Assembly: GCA_009602725.1 (NCBI GenBank)
Contig: WELB01000006.1
Coordinates: 94,341 to 158,340 of the forward strand
Length of the DNA: 64,000 nucleotides
From: Spirogloea muscicola
Taxonomy: Eukaryota
Direction of reading: 5' to 3'
The translations under genes were made by a program, and so were the position numbers. Below the pieces are notes generated by a model. The model made no database searches, was not told the origin of the DNA, and saw only the letters and a list, made by a program, of their open reading frames with translations. Below are positions 1-10,193 of this stretch, piece after piece. How positions within the stretch are numbered: the stretch's first letter is position 1; each line of letters starts with the position of its first letter.

Positions 1-2891
1 GCGGCCGGCGTCTCCAGGAAGGCCGGGTGTTGGACCAGGGCCGCTGTGCTGGCCAGGATACCTGCATCAAAGGTCGCATAAGCCGCCTGCGCCGCCGGCG
101 AGGGGGGGAGTGCTCGAGCCAGGTACAGGGGACGTTGCGCAATGCTGCGCGTCAGCATGGCGAGCCCGAGCTGCATGTCTTGCAGCTCAGGGAGGCGGGC
201 CGCCGGCTTGAGGTGCTCCTGCAGCTTGCCGCGCAGCTGCTCGTCGACGAAGGCAGGAGAGCCCAAAGGAACCCCAAGGAGTGTGATGCCCCCGTCTGGT
301 GTCAGGCAGCCGATGGGAAGGCGGGGGAGGGCTGGCAATCCTTGGGGTCCTTGGGGGAACCAAGCGCTGCACTTCGATGCGCGGATGTCCAGGCCAATCT
401 CCTTCAGCTGCTCCTCCAAGGTGGCGAAGGCAGCCAAGACCTCGTCTGGTGGTCCGACCAGTGTCGTGTCGTCCGCGTAAGTGGGCAGGAGGACGCCCGG
501 GTGAGCAGCTGCCGTGGCCTTCAGGGCGCAGTCGTGGGCCAGCGCGTAGAAGAACCCCGCCAAGGGGTCCCCCTGCCACGTGCCCGTGGCAGACTGGAGG
601 ACCTCCACCCCCCCGGCTCCATGCCGCCATAGGAGATTGCTGGGCTGGCCGTAGCCCAGCCGGAAGAACGGCAGCAGGGTGGGGAAGGCGTCACGGAGCT
701 CCTCGGCGACAGCTGCGCGGTCGACGCAGTTGAATGCGTTCCGAACATCCACTGCCAACACCACCCACTCCGGGTGCAAGTCGAGGGAAGCCCGCACCCC
801 ATGAACCACTGCTTCGCCGCCGCTCCGCAAGCCTGCGCCGTACTGGTGCGGGGCCAGGTGTGTCTGGGCCGCAGCGGCGTGTTGTTGCCAGAGCGCCCGT
901 CCCACCAGGCGGTATAGGACCTCGCCGATGGCGATGGGGCGGACGCCACCGTTGGCCTTGCTGAGGGCTAGCAGGGAGCTGGCGCAGAGCACACTGCGGA
1001 TGCAGGCAGGGATGTGACCGCGGGCCATGTGTTGGCACACCTGGTGCAGCGCCCGAAAGTCCGCCTCGTCCCCTTCGAGGAAGAGCTTCTTCAAATGCTC
1101 CTTGACCATGCCCGAGGGGCCGCCTGCAGCTGCGCGCCGGCTGCTCTGCAAGGCCTTGCGGAAGGCTGCCGCATCAAGGGCCACCTCCTCCTGCGGGACG
1201 TAGGAAGCCAACCACGGGGGCAGGGGAGAGCGCGCCGGGGGGTGGAGGGACGAGAGGGCTTCCCGCGTGGCCTCAGTTGCCGGCGCCAACACCGAATCAT
1301 CGAGCGCTTGGACGGCTCGCGAGAGCTCCCCGGCATGGCCATACCGGAGAGCGCGGCGGACACTGGCCGCCCTGTCAGGCGAAGGCGCTGCCTGCGAAGT
1401 GCGGCGGCCTGCTGAGGCCGCAGCCACTGCAGCGTCGTGCCGCGCCAGGAGCTCCTCCCATCGCCCGCACTCAAAGAGGTAGATGCGGTCCAGGAGCAGC
1501 TGGCGGACTTGGCCGTGGCCCTGGGGGGGTGCTCGCCCGAGCAGCAGCCTGGGGAAGAGGATGAAGACCTTCCAGGCTGCAGCGTCCCTGTGGTCGACCA
1601 CGATGTGCTGCAGAACAGGGCGGAGGGCGCGGCGCAGGTGTGGGCGCGCCCACCGCGGCGCATGGCGCCGGAGAGGGAGTGCCTCCTGCCGGTGGACCGC
1701 ATCGAGGTCAAGGTCCGCCGCCCATTGCCAGTGGTGGGGACCTGGAGGGGTCGGCCCTGGAGGGACTCGCCGGCCTGGACGGCCACCGCGGCCGCGGCAG
1801 CCCTCAGCGGTCGTGGCCCGCGTCTGCGCCGCTCGATTGGCCTGCAGCTGGCAAGCGTGCTCGTGCAGGGTCCGAGCGCGCTGGGTTGGCCAGGGGCGCT
1901 GACAGTGCCGGCACAGGAGAGGCTCAGACGGAGGAAGCGGCGGTGAGGACGAGGGAGTTGGGGGCGACAACGGTGGCGCTGGCTCGCTCGGCGAGGGTGG
2001 AGGCGGCGGCGACGGGGGCGGCGCCGATGACTGGCTCAACGGTGGTGGGTTCTGGGGTAGCGGAGGCGACGGCGGCGGCGGAGGCGGTGACAGCGGCGCC
2101 GGCGACGGCGGTGGGGACGGCAGCCCTGTTTCCACGAAAGGCACAACACCCGCGGGAAGATGAGGGGCAGCTTCGTGCTCATAAGACGGTGCACCCTGCG
2201 GAGGGATTGGGTTCACCTCAGGGGGCCCATCATTTCTCGTGGGCGGAGTCAATAAAGCGGGTGCCCCACACATCTCTGGGGCTGGAGGCGATATATGCTC
2301 CTCCGAGTGATGCTCCTGCTCCGGAGCGGGAACGGCCTGAACAAGGACGGGGGGGCTGCTAGCCGCGACTGCCGCAGCAGCTGCCGCGGCGGCGATGCCG
2401 GCACGCTTCAAGCAGGAGTGCGCATGGATCGCAAGACCATGTGCATTTTTGCATAATTTGGGACAGCGAGGGCACTGCACGCCCTCTGACGCCGCAGGCG
2501 GTTGTGGCGGCGGCGGTGGTGGGGGGGGGAGCGGTGGCGGCGTTGCGGTGGATGGCGGTGTCGCGTGGAGGGGGAATGGCGGCGGCGGCGGCGGCGGAGC
2601 GGGCCTGCAGATGAAGCGGAGGCAGGCGGCGGCTACCACGGCGGGGAGCAACGCGGGGACATGAAGGTCGGGCGGCGCTGGCGGCGGAGGCGCAGCGCCT
2701 CGCTCCTGCCTGAGTCGGGGGCGAGGCGCCCGGACCGCCTCACACCAATGCTTGGCCTGGAGCGACTCCTGAAGCCACTCCGGACTCGGGCTCCGTCGAC
2801 GGCGCCGGGGGCGCGCGGTTGAGGCGACGGGGAGCGGGGCGGCGGAGGCGAGGGCGGCGGGTGCGAGAGACCGGCGCGCCGCGGACCCCAT
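1..2891 (-). CDS. CRE-like (RLE-type) non-LTR retrotransposon polyprotein, uninterrupted frame running off the window start
   Basis: Manual translation of the minus strand is stop-free from ATG 2891 to base 1, and the frame stays open up to the junction near 2980. It contains Pro-rich linkers, two CxxC..H...C zinc fingers (CPRCPKLCKNAHGLAIHAHSC, CRHCQRPWPTQRARTLHEHAC) and RT motifs KANGGVRPIAIGEVLYRL, DVRNAFN, GTWQGDPL, YADD, LLGVPLG. Absent from the ORF track, presumably because no stop lies inside the window. Confidence 0.9.
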   Translation of the reverse strand, partial: MGSAARRSLAPAALASAAPLPVASTARPRRRRRSPSPEWLQESLQAKHWCEAVRAPRPRLRQERGAAPPPPAPPDLHVPALLPAVVAAACLRFICRPAPPPPPPPFPLHATPPSTATPPPLPPPPPPPPQPPAASEGVQCPRCPKLCKNAHGLAIHAHSCLKRAGIAAAAAAAAVAASSPPVLVQAVPAPEQEHHSEEHISPPAPEMCGAPALLTPPTRNDGPPEVNPIPPQGAPSYEHEAAPHLPAGVVPFVETGLPSPPPSPAPLSPPPPPPSPPLPQNPPPLSQSSAPPPSPPPPPSPSEPAPPLSPPTPSSSPPLPPSEPLLCRHCQRPWPTQRARTLHEHACQLQANRAAQTRATTAEGCRGRGGRPGRRVPPGPTPPGPHHWQWAADLDLDAVHRQEALPLRRHAPRWARPHLRRALRPVLQHIVVDHRDAAAWKVFILFPRLLLGRAPPQGHGQVRQLLLDRIYLFECGRWEELLARHDAAVAAASAGRRTSQAAPSPDRAASVRRALRYGHAGELSRAVQALDDSVLAPATEATREALSSLHPPARSPLPPWLASYVPQEEVALDAAAFRKALQSSRRAAAGGPSGMVKEHLKKLFLEGDEADFRALHQVCQHMARGHIPACIRSVLCASSLLALSKANGGVRPIAIGEVLYRLVGRALWQQHAAAAQTHLAPHQYGAGLRSGGEAVVHGVRASLDLHPEWVVLAVDVRNAFNCVDRAAVAEELRDAFPTLLPFFRLGYGQPSNLLWRHGAGGVEVLQSATGTWQGDPLAGFFYALAHDCALKATAAAHPGVLLPTYADDTTLVGPPDEVLAAFATLEEQLKEIGLDIRASKCSAWFPQGPQGLPALPRLPIGCLTPDGGITLLGVPLGSPAFVDEQLRGKLQEHLKPAARLPELQDMQLGLAMLTRSIAQRPLYLARALPPSPAAQAAYATFDAGILASTAALVQHPAFLETPA

Positions 2892-2980
2892 GGCGGGCGC
2901 CGCCGGCAGCGACGCCGGCGACGGCCCGGGGTTTAGGAGGGGCGGCGGCGGCGGCGGCGCCCTCGGCCTAGCGCGTCGCG

Positions 2981-3205
2981 AACAATGTATTGGCTTGAAT
3001 TGGCCTCCCTTTCAATTCACGCGCCCCGCGCGCCTTCTCTCTTCTGAACTTTTGTGAATTCTTTTTGGGCTGGCTTTTCGCAGCCCTTGCCCCCCCCATT
3101 GGGAGTGCCACTTCTTCTCTCCTGACTCGACTCTGCCTGAACAATGTATTGGCTTGAATTGGCCTCCCTTTCAATTCATGCGCCCCGCGCGCCTTCTCTC
3201 CTGAC
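2981..3205 (+). mobile_element. Three stacked 3'-terminal fragments of the non-LTR clade (type B, type A, type B)
   Basis: AATTGGCCTCCCTTTCAATTCA..CGCGCCTTCTCT occurs at ~2998-3040 and ~3157-3200. A GGGCTG..CAGCCC..GGGAGTGCCACTT end lies between them. CTTCTCTCCTGAC is directly repeated at 3114-3126 and 3193-3205. Confidence 0.75.
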
Positions 3206-3319
3206 GAGAGAGATCGACGCGCGCTCGCTCCAGCTTCCGTGGCACTGCTCCGACGTCCTTCGCTCCTTGCGACGACATTATAAGGAGTGGCACTCCCAAT
3301 GGGGGCAAGGCACATCATA

Positions 3320-4456
3320 AGTAAGGGCTCGCCCATTGAGGATATGGGCTGGAACAGCCAGCCCAAGAAAAAGAATGAACACAGTTCAAGAATGGGGCTA
3401 AGCGAAGCACTTAGGTGAAGCACTAAGAAAGACAAGCACACAAGAAGATACAAAGCAGCTACTAATCACTCAGTAACCCCTGCTAAGCAGTCGCAGGTCA
3501 GAGAGACTATGCTCCTGGAAGTATGTCCCCTGGCCAGAGCCAGAGGCAGCAGCGAGGGCTCGGCCGGCACGCAGGTGCAGCGCACGGGCCATTGACCTCT
3601 GCAGCGAGATGGCCAGGCGCATGCGGTACACCTGGGCGAGCGACCCAGCTGCAGGGAAGTCCACCGGCTCCCCATGGAAGCGGCGGGCGACGGCGTGACG
3701 GGCAAGCTGGTGGAGCAGTTCGAGCCACCGAGCACCCAACGCCCCGTGTGTGTCGATGGCCAGCGGGAAGAACTCGTCAGCTGGCGGATGGTCTGCGTAC
3801 TTGAGTTCTTTGGCACGAGCGGCGCAGGCGACCGCATACCCAGGCTTGGTTGCACACTGGGCTGGGTGGGATCGTTCGAATGCGTCGGTAGTCACCACGT
3901 CCAGGAGGAGACGTGGCCTGCCGACCTGTGGGGTGGCCACCAGGTCCACACGACGGGCGTGGAGACCGTCGGCCCTGTCCTGGATCGGCATGATCCCAGA
4001 GTGCTCCGCTGCCACAGAGAAGCCAGCCTCCACCAGGATGCCGTGCATTGCGTCCCGGAGGCGGTCATGGGCCGCTGTCCGCTCTCCGCTGTGCGAGCAG
4101 CGCAGAACGTGAGCGGCCAGCTCCCCCTGCTCGGCCCCGCGCTCACCACACTCACATTGACGCACGCCCTGGAGGCATGGCGGCGGCAGGCCGAGGAGCC
4201 TGTGGACGGCACTCCGGAATACCTCGTCCGGGAGGGCGAGGGCGTCATTTAGTGGGAGGGCCTGGAGCCACGCCGCTGCCCCCGGGGAAGCGGCCGACTG
4301 GAGTTTCGCGCGCCCGCGCCGGTCGGCCTCGGGGAGCTGCAGCACGGCGGTGGTATAGGCGGCCTTGTCGACGACGGCCGCGAAGCGCGCTTGGACCCGC
4401 AGGTCAGCGGTGTGCGCGAGGTGCGCAATCATAAGGACCACCCCAGGGGCGACCAC
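3320..4456 (-). mobile_element. 5'-truncated CRE-like element: Zn motif + restriction-like endonuclease + 3' UTR
   Basis: ORF 3470-4456 contains CECG..H..C.H..HD, RRVDLV, LLDV, KELKY, FFPLAIDTHGALG and ends LLSRGY*. The conserved 3' hairpin follows. Confidence 0.88.
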
Positions 4457-4479
4457 CTCTACCCATGCGCCATTCGCGA

Positions 4480-4688
4480 TACACCAACGTGCTGGGCGTC
4501 CCTTGGCCCAGGCTTAGTGGCTTCCGTGGTGGTGGTCTGGCTTCGCAGCTTAGCTTGTCAGATATGCATGTGCTCACTCGAGGATATTAGTGCCCCCCTT
4601 AGCCAACTCATCATCCCGTTACCCGGACATTTGTAAGCCTAGAACTAGCCTCTCTTTCAATTTCATGCGCACCGCGCGCCTTCTCTCA
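4480..4688 (+). mobile_element. 3' end of non-LTR subfamily B
   Basis: Encodes ..SLSDMHVLTRGY* (stop ends 4590), then a UTR ending CATGCGCACCGCGCGCCTTCTCTC. A second copy lies at ~7780-7951. Confidence 0.75.
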
Positions 4689-4719
4689 TGCGCCATGGAC
4701 ATATACGGCGGCTACAGAA

Positions 4720-7270
4720 CGAAGTGGTCCTCCCTCCTCCATCGCCTGGCACACCATGTCGATGCCCGCCGACGTAGTCGAGCGGGTAGCTTAGGTTGCG
4801 GCCCCTCGCGCATGGTTACGGAGCATTCGAGGGAGCTCTTCCTCAAGGGGACGAGGCGGACTTCTGGGCGCTGCACCAGGTGTGTCAACAAATGGCCCGG
4901 GGTCACGTCCCTGCCAGCATCAGCGGCGTGCTCTGTGCCAGCACCCTACTGGCCCTCAGCAAGGCCAACGGAGGCGTCCGCCCCATTGCCATCGGCGAGG
5001 TCCTGTACCGCCAGGTGGGCCGGGCACTTTGGCAACAGCCCGCAGGTGTGGTCCAGACACACCTGGCGCCGCATCAGTATGGCCCGGGCCTGCGGAGCGA
5101 AGGCGAAACAGTGGTACATGGGCTGCGGGCTTCCCTTGACTTGCACCCCAAGTGGGTGGTGCTGGCGGTGGACGTCCGAAATGCTTTTAACTGCGTCGAC
5201 CGCGCCGCTGACGCCAAGGAGCTCCGTGAGGCCTTCCCGGCCCTGCTGCCGTTCTACCGGCTGGGCTACGGCCAGCCCAGTGATCTCCTATGGCGGCATG
5301 GAACCAGAGGGGTGGAGGTCCTCCGGTCGTCCACGGGCACCCGTCAGGAGGACCCGCTCGCGGGGTTCTACTATGCGCTGGCTCACGACCGCGCCCTGAA
5401 GGCCACGGCAGGTGCTCACCCGGGCGAACTCATGCCTACGTATGCGGACGACACCACCCTGGTCGGGCAACCAGACGAGGTCCTGGCTGCCTTCGCCACC
5501 CTCGAGGAGCAGCTGCAGGAGATCGGCCTGGACATCCGAGCGTCGAAGTGTAGTGCTTGGTCCCACAGGACTTGCCAGCCCTCCTCCGTCTGCCCTCCGG
5601 CTGTCAGACACCAGCCGGGGGCCTCACACTCCTCTGGGTTCCATTGGGCTCACCTGCCTTCGTGGACGAGCAGCTGCGCGGCAAGCTGCTGGAGCACCTC
5701 AAGCCGGCGGCCCGCCTCCCTGAGCTGCACGATATGCAGCTGGCGCTCGCCATGCTGACGCGCAGCATTGCCCAACGTCCCCTGTACCTGGCTCGAGCCC
5801 TCCCCCCCTCCCCGGCAGCGCAAAAAGAGAAAGGGCTCGCCCATAGAGAGGCGCAGGCCGCCTATGCAACCTTCTTCTACCTTTGATGCAGGTATCCTGG
5901 CCAGCACAGCGGCCCTGGTCCGACACCCGGCCTTCCTGGAGACGCCGGCTGCAGTTCCAGACCTCCCTGCCTGTGAGCTGCGGGGGTCTGGGCTGCCGTC
6001 CGCTGGCCGTGCCTGCCGGGCAGCACACCTGGGGAGTGGGGCGCAGGTTGCGGCTTCGGTGGCCCAGCGTTTCATTCGGCATGGTGGGGAGCAGGCGGCA
6101 GCGGACGTGGAGACCGGCACGTTGCCATCCCAGGCGGCTCTCCGCTCCGCCCGGGATGCGCTGCTTGCGGATCACCCCGCCCTGGTGCCACGGGCCGTCC
6201 CGTTTGCGCACCTCGCGCGCACGGCCGACCTCCGGGCCCAAGCTCGCTTCATGGCGGAGGTAGATGCGGCCTCCTTCACCACGGCGGTGGGGCTTTTGCC
6301 TCCGGACGACCTCCGCGGGTGCTCGCGGCTGCTCTCGGCATCCTCACAGGGGCGGCAGCTTGGTTGTCTGCCCTGCCGATCCACGACGCGCTCCGGATGC
6401 CGGACGACGCATTCTGCACGGCTGTGCACCGCCTACTCGGCCTCCACCCACCCTGCCTAAGTGGAAAACAGCAGTGCGAGTGCGGCGAGCGCAGCCCAGA
6501 CGCGGCATCGTTGGCAGCTCATTCGCTCAGGTGCGCACAGGGCAGAGAGCGGACCGGCACACACGACCTGATCCAGAACGCCATGTTCGGCGTTTTTGTT
6601 GAGGCCGGTTACATGGTGAATCGAGAATTCCAGCATCATGCCTCTGACCGCTGGGGCGGATGGCCGCCTCCACACCCGGCGCGCCGATCTCGTCGCCAGT
6701 GCGCTCGGTGGGGGGCCTCGGCTCATTGCCGACATTGTCACGACTGACTGCTTTGATTCCAGGAATCAAAGGTTGCGTTGTCTCCGGCAGCGCCAAAGGC
6801 TCGTCGGAGGAGGCGGGCTGCGCAGTCCGCCAAGGGCGCAAAGGAACGGAAATACTCGGATCACCCAGTTGGCGACGAGTTTGTCCCACTCGCCATCGAC
6901 GTTCCCGGAGCCTTTGGCACAAATTGGCTTGACCTACTTCACCGCCTTGCGTGGCGAGCAGTGGGACGCCGCCACGGGCAGCAGGGCGAGCAGCCTGGCT
7001 TCAATGTCGCCGGGTCCCTCTCTCAAGGATGCGCTTGGCCATCTCTTTGCAGCGGTCCCTTGCCTTCGCTGTTCACTAGCGTGCAGGCCACGCTTTGGCA
7101 GCGGCCTTCGGCTTCCGTCAGGGCGACGTCTATCCGCCTGCTAGCTATTCCGAATTGCATCTACTGACTAGAGGTCACTGAGAGTCCCCTTTGCTGTTGT
7201 CTTAGTACTTAGCACTCCGGCTCCTTCAGACCTTGTCCATCCCTTTGGGCTGGCCTCTCCCAGCCAATAG
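4720..7270 (+). mobile_element. Frameshifted CRE-like non-LTR copy (RT through endonuclease)
   Basis: ORFs 4796-5758 (RPIAIGE, YADD), 6319-6747 (CECG) and 6778-7167 (KERKY, FVPLAID). Ends ACTAGAGGTCACTGA (TRGH*). Closely similar to the copy at 1-2891. Confidence 0.88.
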
Positions 7271-7289
7271 TCAATCTGGCCGCGCTTTC

Positions 7290-9410
7290 CAATTACCTGC
7301 GTCGACCGCGCGCTCTCGCCGAGGAGCTCCGAGAGGCCTTCCCCACCCTGCTGCCGTTCTTCCAGCTGGGCTACGGCCAGCCCAGTGATCTCCTATGGCG
7401 GCATGGCAGCAGCGGAGTGGAAGAAAGGCCGCGCCCATCGAGGTTAGGGGCTGGAACACCCAGCCCAATAAAGTATCAACAAAGGACGAGAAGGGGGCCA
7501 GGGGAGTGGAGGCCTCCGGTCGTCCACGGGCACCTGTCAGGGGGACCCGCTCGCGGGTTTCTACTATGGCCCACGGCCGCGCCCTGAAGGCCACGCCAGG
7601 TGCTCACCCGGGCGTCCTCATGCGGCCCTTTGGGCTGGCCTCTCACAGCCACCAGTCAATCTGGCCGCGCTTGCTTCTTAGGGCATTCTAGCGTCCCGCA
7701 AGCCATCGTTGCCTGCTATTGAATGCGGCTATCATTGAGTCTACAGCGCTTCCAGGCACTCGCAATACACCAGCGTGCATTAGGCCAGGGAAATGGCTTT
7801 CGTGGTGGTGGTCTGGCTCCTCAGCTTAGCTTGTCAAATATGTACGTGCTCACTCGAGGATGTTAGTGCCATCTCAGTACCCCGTTACCTGGACATTGAA
7901 AGGTAGAATTGGCCTCCCTTCCAATTTCATGAGCACCGCGCGCCTTCTCTCCGTTCATTCCTTTCGGCTCTCGCTTACTTTGCAGCGCTCCCAAGAAAGT
8001 GGAGAAAGAAAGCAAAGAAGAAAGTGCTCGCTCAGATAAGGTAGGGGCTGGTAAATAAGTGTGCTCTCCGATTTGCCTCCAAGGCTGGGAGAAAGACCGG
8101 GCATGCTCCAAGGCTGGGCGTGCGGTGGCCTGCGCTGCCAGGGCCAAGGGGTTGAAGTACGCGGATCACCCCCGGGAGGGAAAGTGGCTCTCCCATAGAA
8201 GGTAAGGGGCTGGGAAAGGCCAGAAGATTGGACTTGGTCCAAAGAGCCGGACGGCGCCTAAAACCACACAGCTAGACACGAGACTACCGCAGATAGAAGC
8301 TCGGTATACACGAGTTAGCAGCAGCAAGTCGGAATCGGCAGGAGGACGAGTTCTTCCAGCTCGCCATCGACACCCACGATGGGTTGGGTGCTCGGTGGCT
8401 CGAGCTGCTCCACCAGCTTTCGCGTCACGCTCTCTCCCGCCGGTACCATGGGAAGCCGAGTCCTTGACCTGAGTCCTTGCAGCAGGCTCGCTCGCGCAGG
8501 TGTATCGCATGCGCCTGTCCGTCTCACTGCAGAGGTTCATGGCTCGCGCGCGGCATCTGCGCGCCGGTCATGCCTTAGCTGCAGCCTCTGGCCCTGGCCG
8601 GGGGACCCGCTACCAGAATACCAGTTTCTCCGACATGCGTCTGCTAAGCAGTGATTACTAAATCTTTCATACCTACTTGATTCTCTGTGTGATTTAGCGC
8701 TATCCCTGGCCCCTTCGAAGTTTGTTATTTGGGCTGGCCTCTCCCAGCCACCGCCCTCTCCTGGAAGCGTCTTTCTTCTCCCAATGGGGGCAAGGGCTGT
8801 GAAAATAAGAAATTAGTTTCCAGGAGAGGGCGGTGGCTGGGAGAGGCCAGCCCAGACGAGAAGATTGATAGAAGGTCGAAGGGCGCAGGGAATGCGCTAC
8901 ATCACACAGGGGATCATGTAGAATCAAAGACCGAAAAAATGACAAGGTTTAAAGGGGCCAAAAGCGCTCTCAAAATTGGGTAGGATGCAGCAAGCAATAA
9001 CCACGTCTGAGGAGCCGTAGATCTGAAAATCTAGCTGCCGGAAAGCAATCCTCCTGACGAAAGCCAGAGGTTGTAGGGAGCACGGCCAGCACACAGGTGC
9101 AAGGCCCGGGTCATGGACCGCTGGAGGGAGAAGGGAGCATACGGTAGACCTGAGCTGACGAGCCAGCGGCGTTGAGTCAGCCTGCTCACCACGCCTACAG
9201 GACACAGCGCGCCGCGCAAGCCGGGCTAACAGGTCGAGCTGCCACTGGGACCCAAAAGCCCCGTGTACATCCACGGCCAGGGGTACGAACTCGTTCCCAG
9301 CCGGGTGGTCTGCGTGCTTCGCCGCCCTGCTGCGAGCAGCATGCGCCGCAGCATGGCCAGCCCTCGAGGCAGAAAGCCCCGGATTGGACCATTCCACCAC
9401 ATCAGTAGAG
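7290..9410. mobile_element. Cluster of short CRE-like fragments on both strands
   Basis: RT fragment 7290-7625 (+), B end 7780-7951 (+), A ends ~8010-8360 (-), endonuclease/3' end 8345-8780 (+) facing 8817-9410 (-). Confidence 0.75.
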
Positions 9411-10193
9411 TGACGACACAGTGTCGACTACCATACTACGTCGATAGGGCATTGTAGCGGATCGGATGACAGGTCAGAGTTTCTACGTGGCAGGTAAATC
9501 AGAACCAGAACCTAAACCAGAACGAGGTGTAGAAAGAAGTCAGCGACATAACGATAATTGCTGCATAATCGGGTGGATGTGGAGTACATATAACTCGGTG
9601 CATTGTCAAGAAAGTGTCATAGTTGAGCTTGTCAATCTACTTAAGATGGTTCGTTGACAAGCCACACGCTTAGTACCGGAGACCAGAACGACGTCAAGTA
9701 TTGCCATACACAACGGTTGCCGAAGCAGTATAATATGCGACAGCCTTTATGCAGCTCGAACGATGTTCAAGTGCTGCGCTGTGGTCACACAAGGTCACGA
9801 TGTTCGTGGCTTACCGAGTGTGAGCCGGTCTCACGCAATCGGATTTGGAGCTTCTCGGAGTATGCTCTCTAGCTCCACCAGGTGGCCCGCCCGCGCCCTC
9901 TTTAGACGGACCAAGACGCGCGCTCGACGCCTTCTATGCAACAGCGGCGGCGGCATTAGCAGCGGCAGTGGCAGCGCCACAAGGTCGGCAATCTGTCAAA
10001 GCGAGAGACTGGGCCGAGAGACTGCTCGGCTCCGGCCCCTCCGCAACCCTTATGCTCGGTCAGGCAAGTAATGACATCGTCTCTGGGGGCAGGCCACTTG
10101 GCCCATTTGGCACCCCTGGTCCCTTGACCGGCATAGCTTGGGACGGTCACTTCTACCACCACCTGCCTTTCCGCCGCTAGCCTGGCCGGTACC

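Noticed and set aside
27..2362. Long plus-strand ORFs (27-632, 1437-1946, 1640-2362)
   Set aside because: These are antisense shadows of the GC-rich retroelement ORF on the minus strand.
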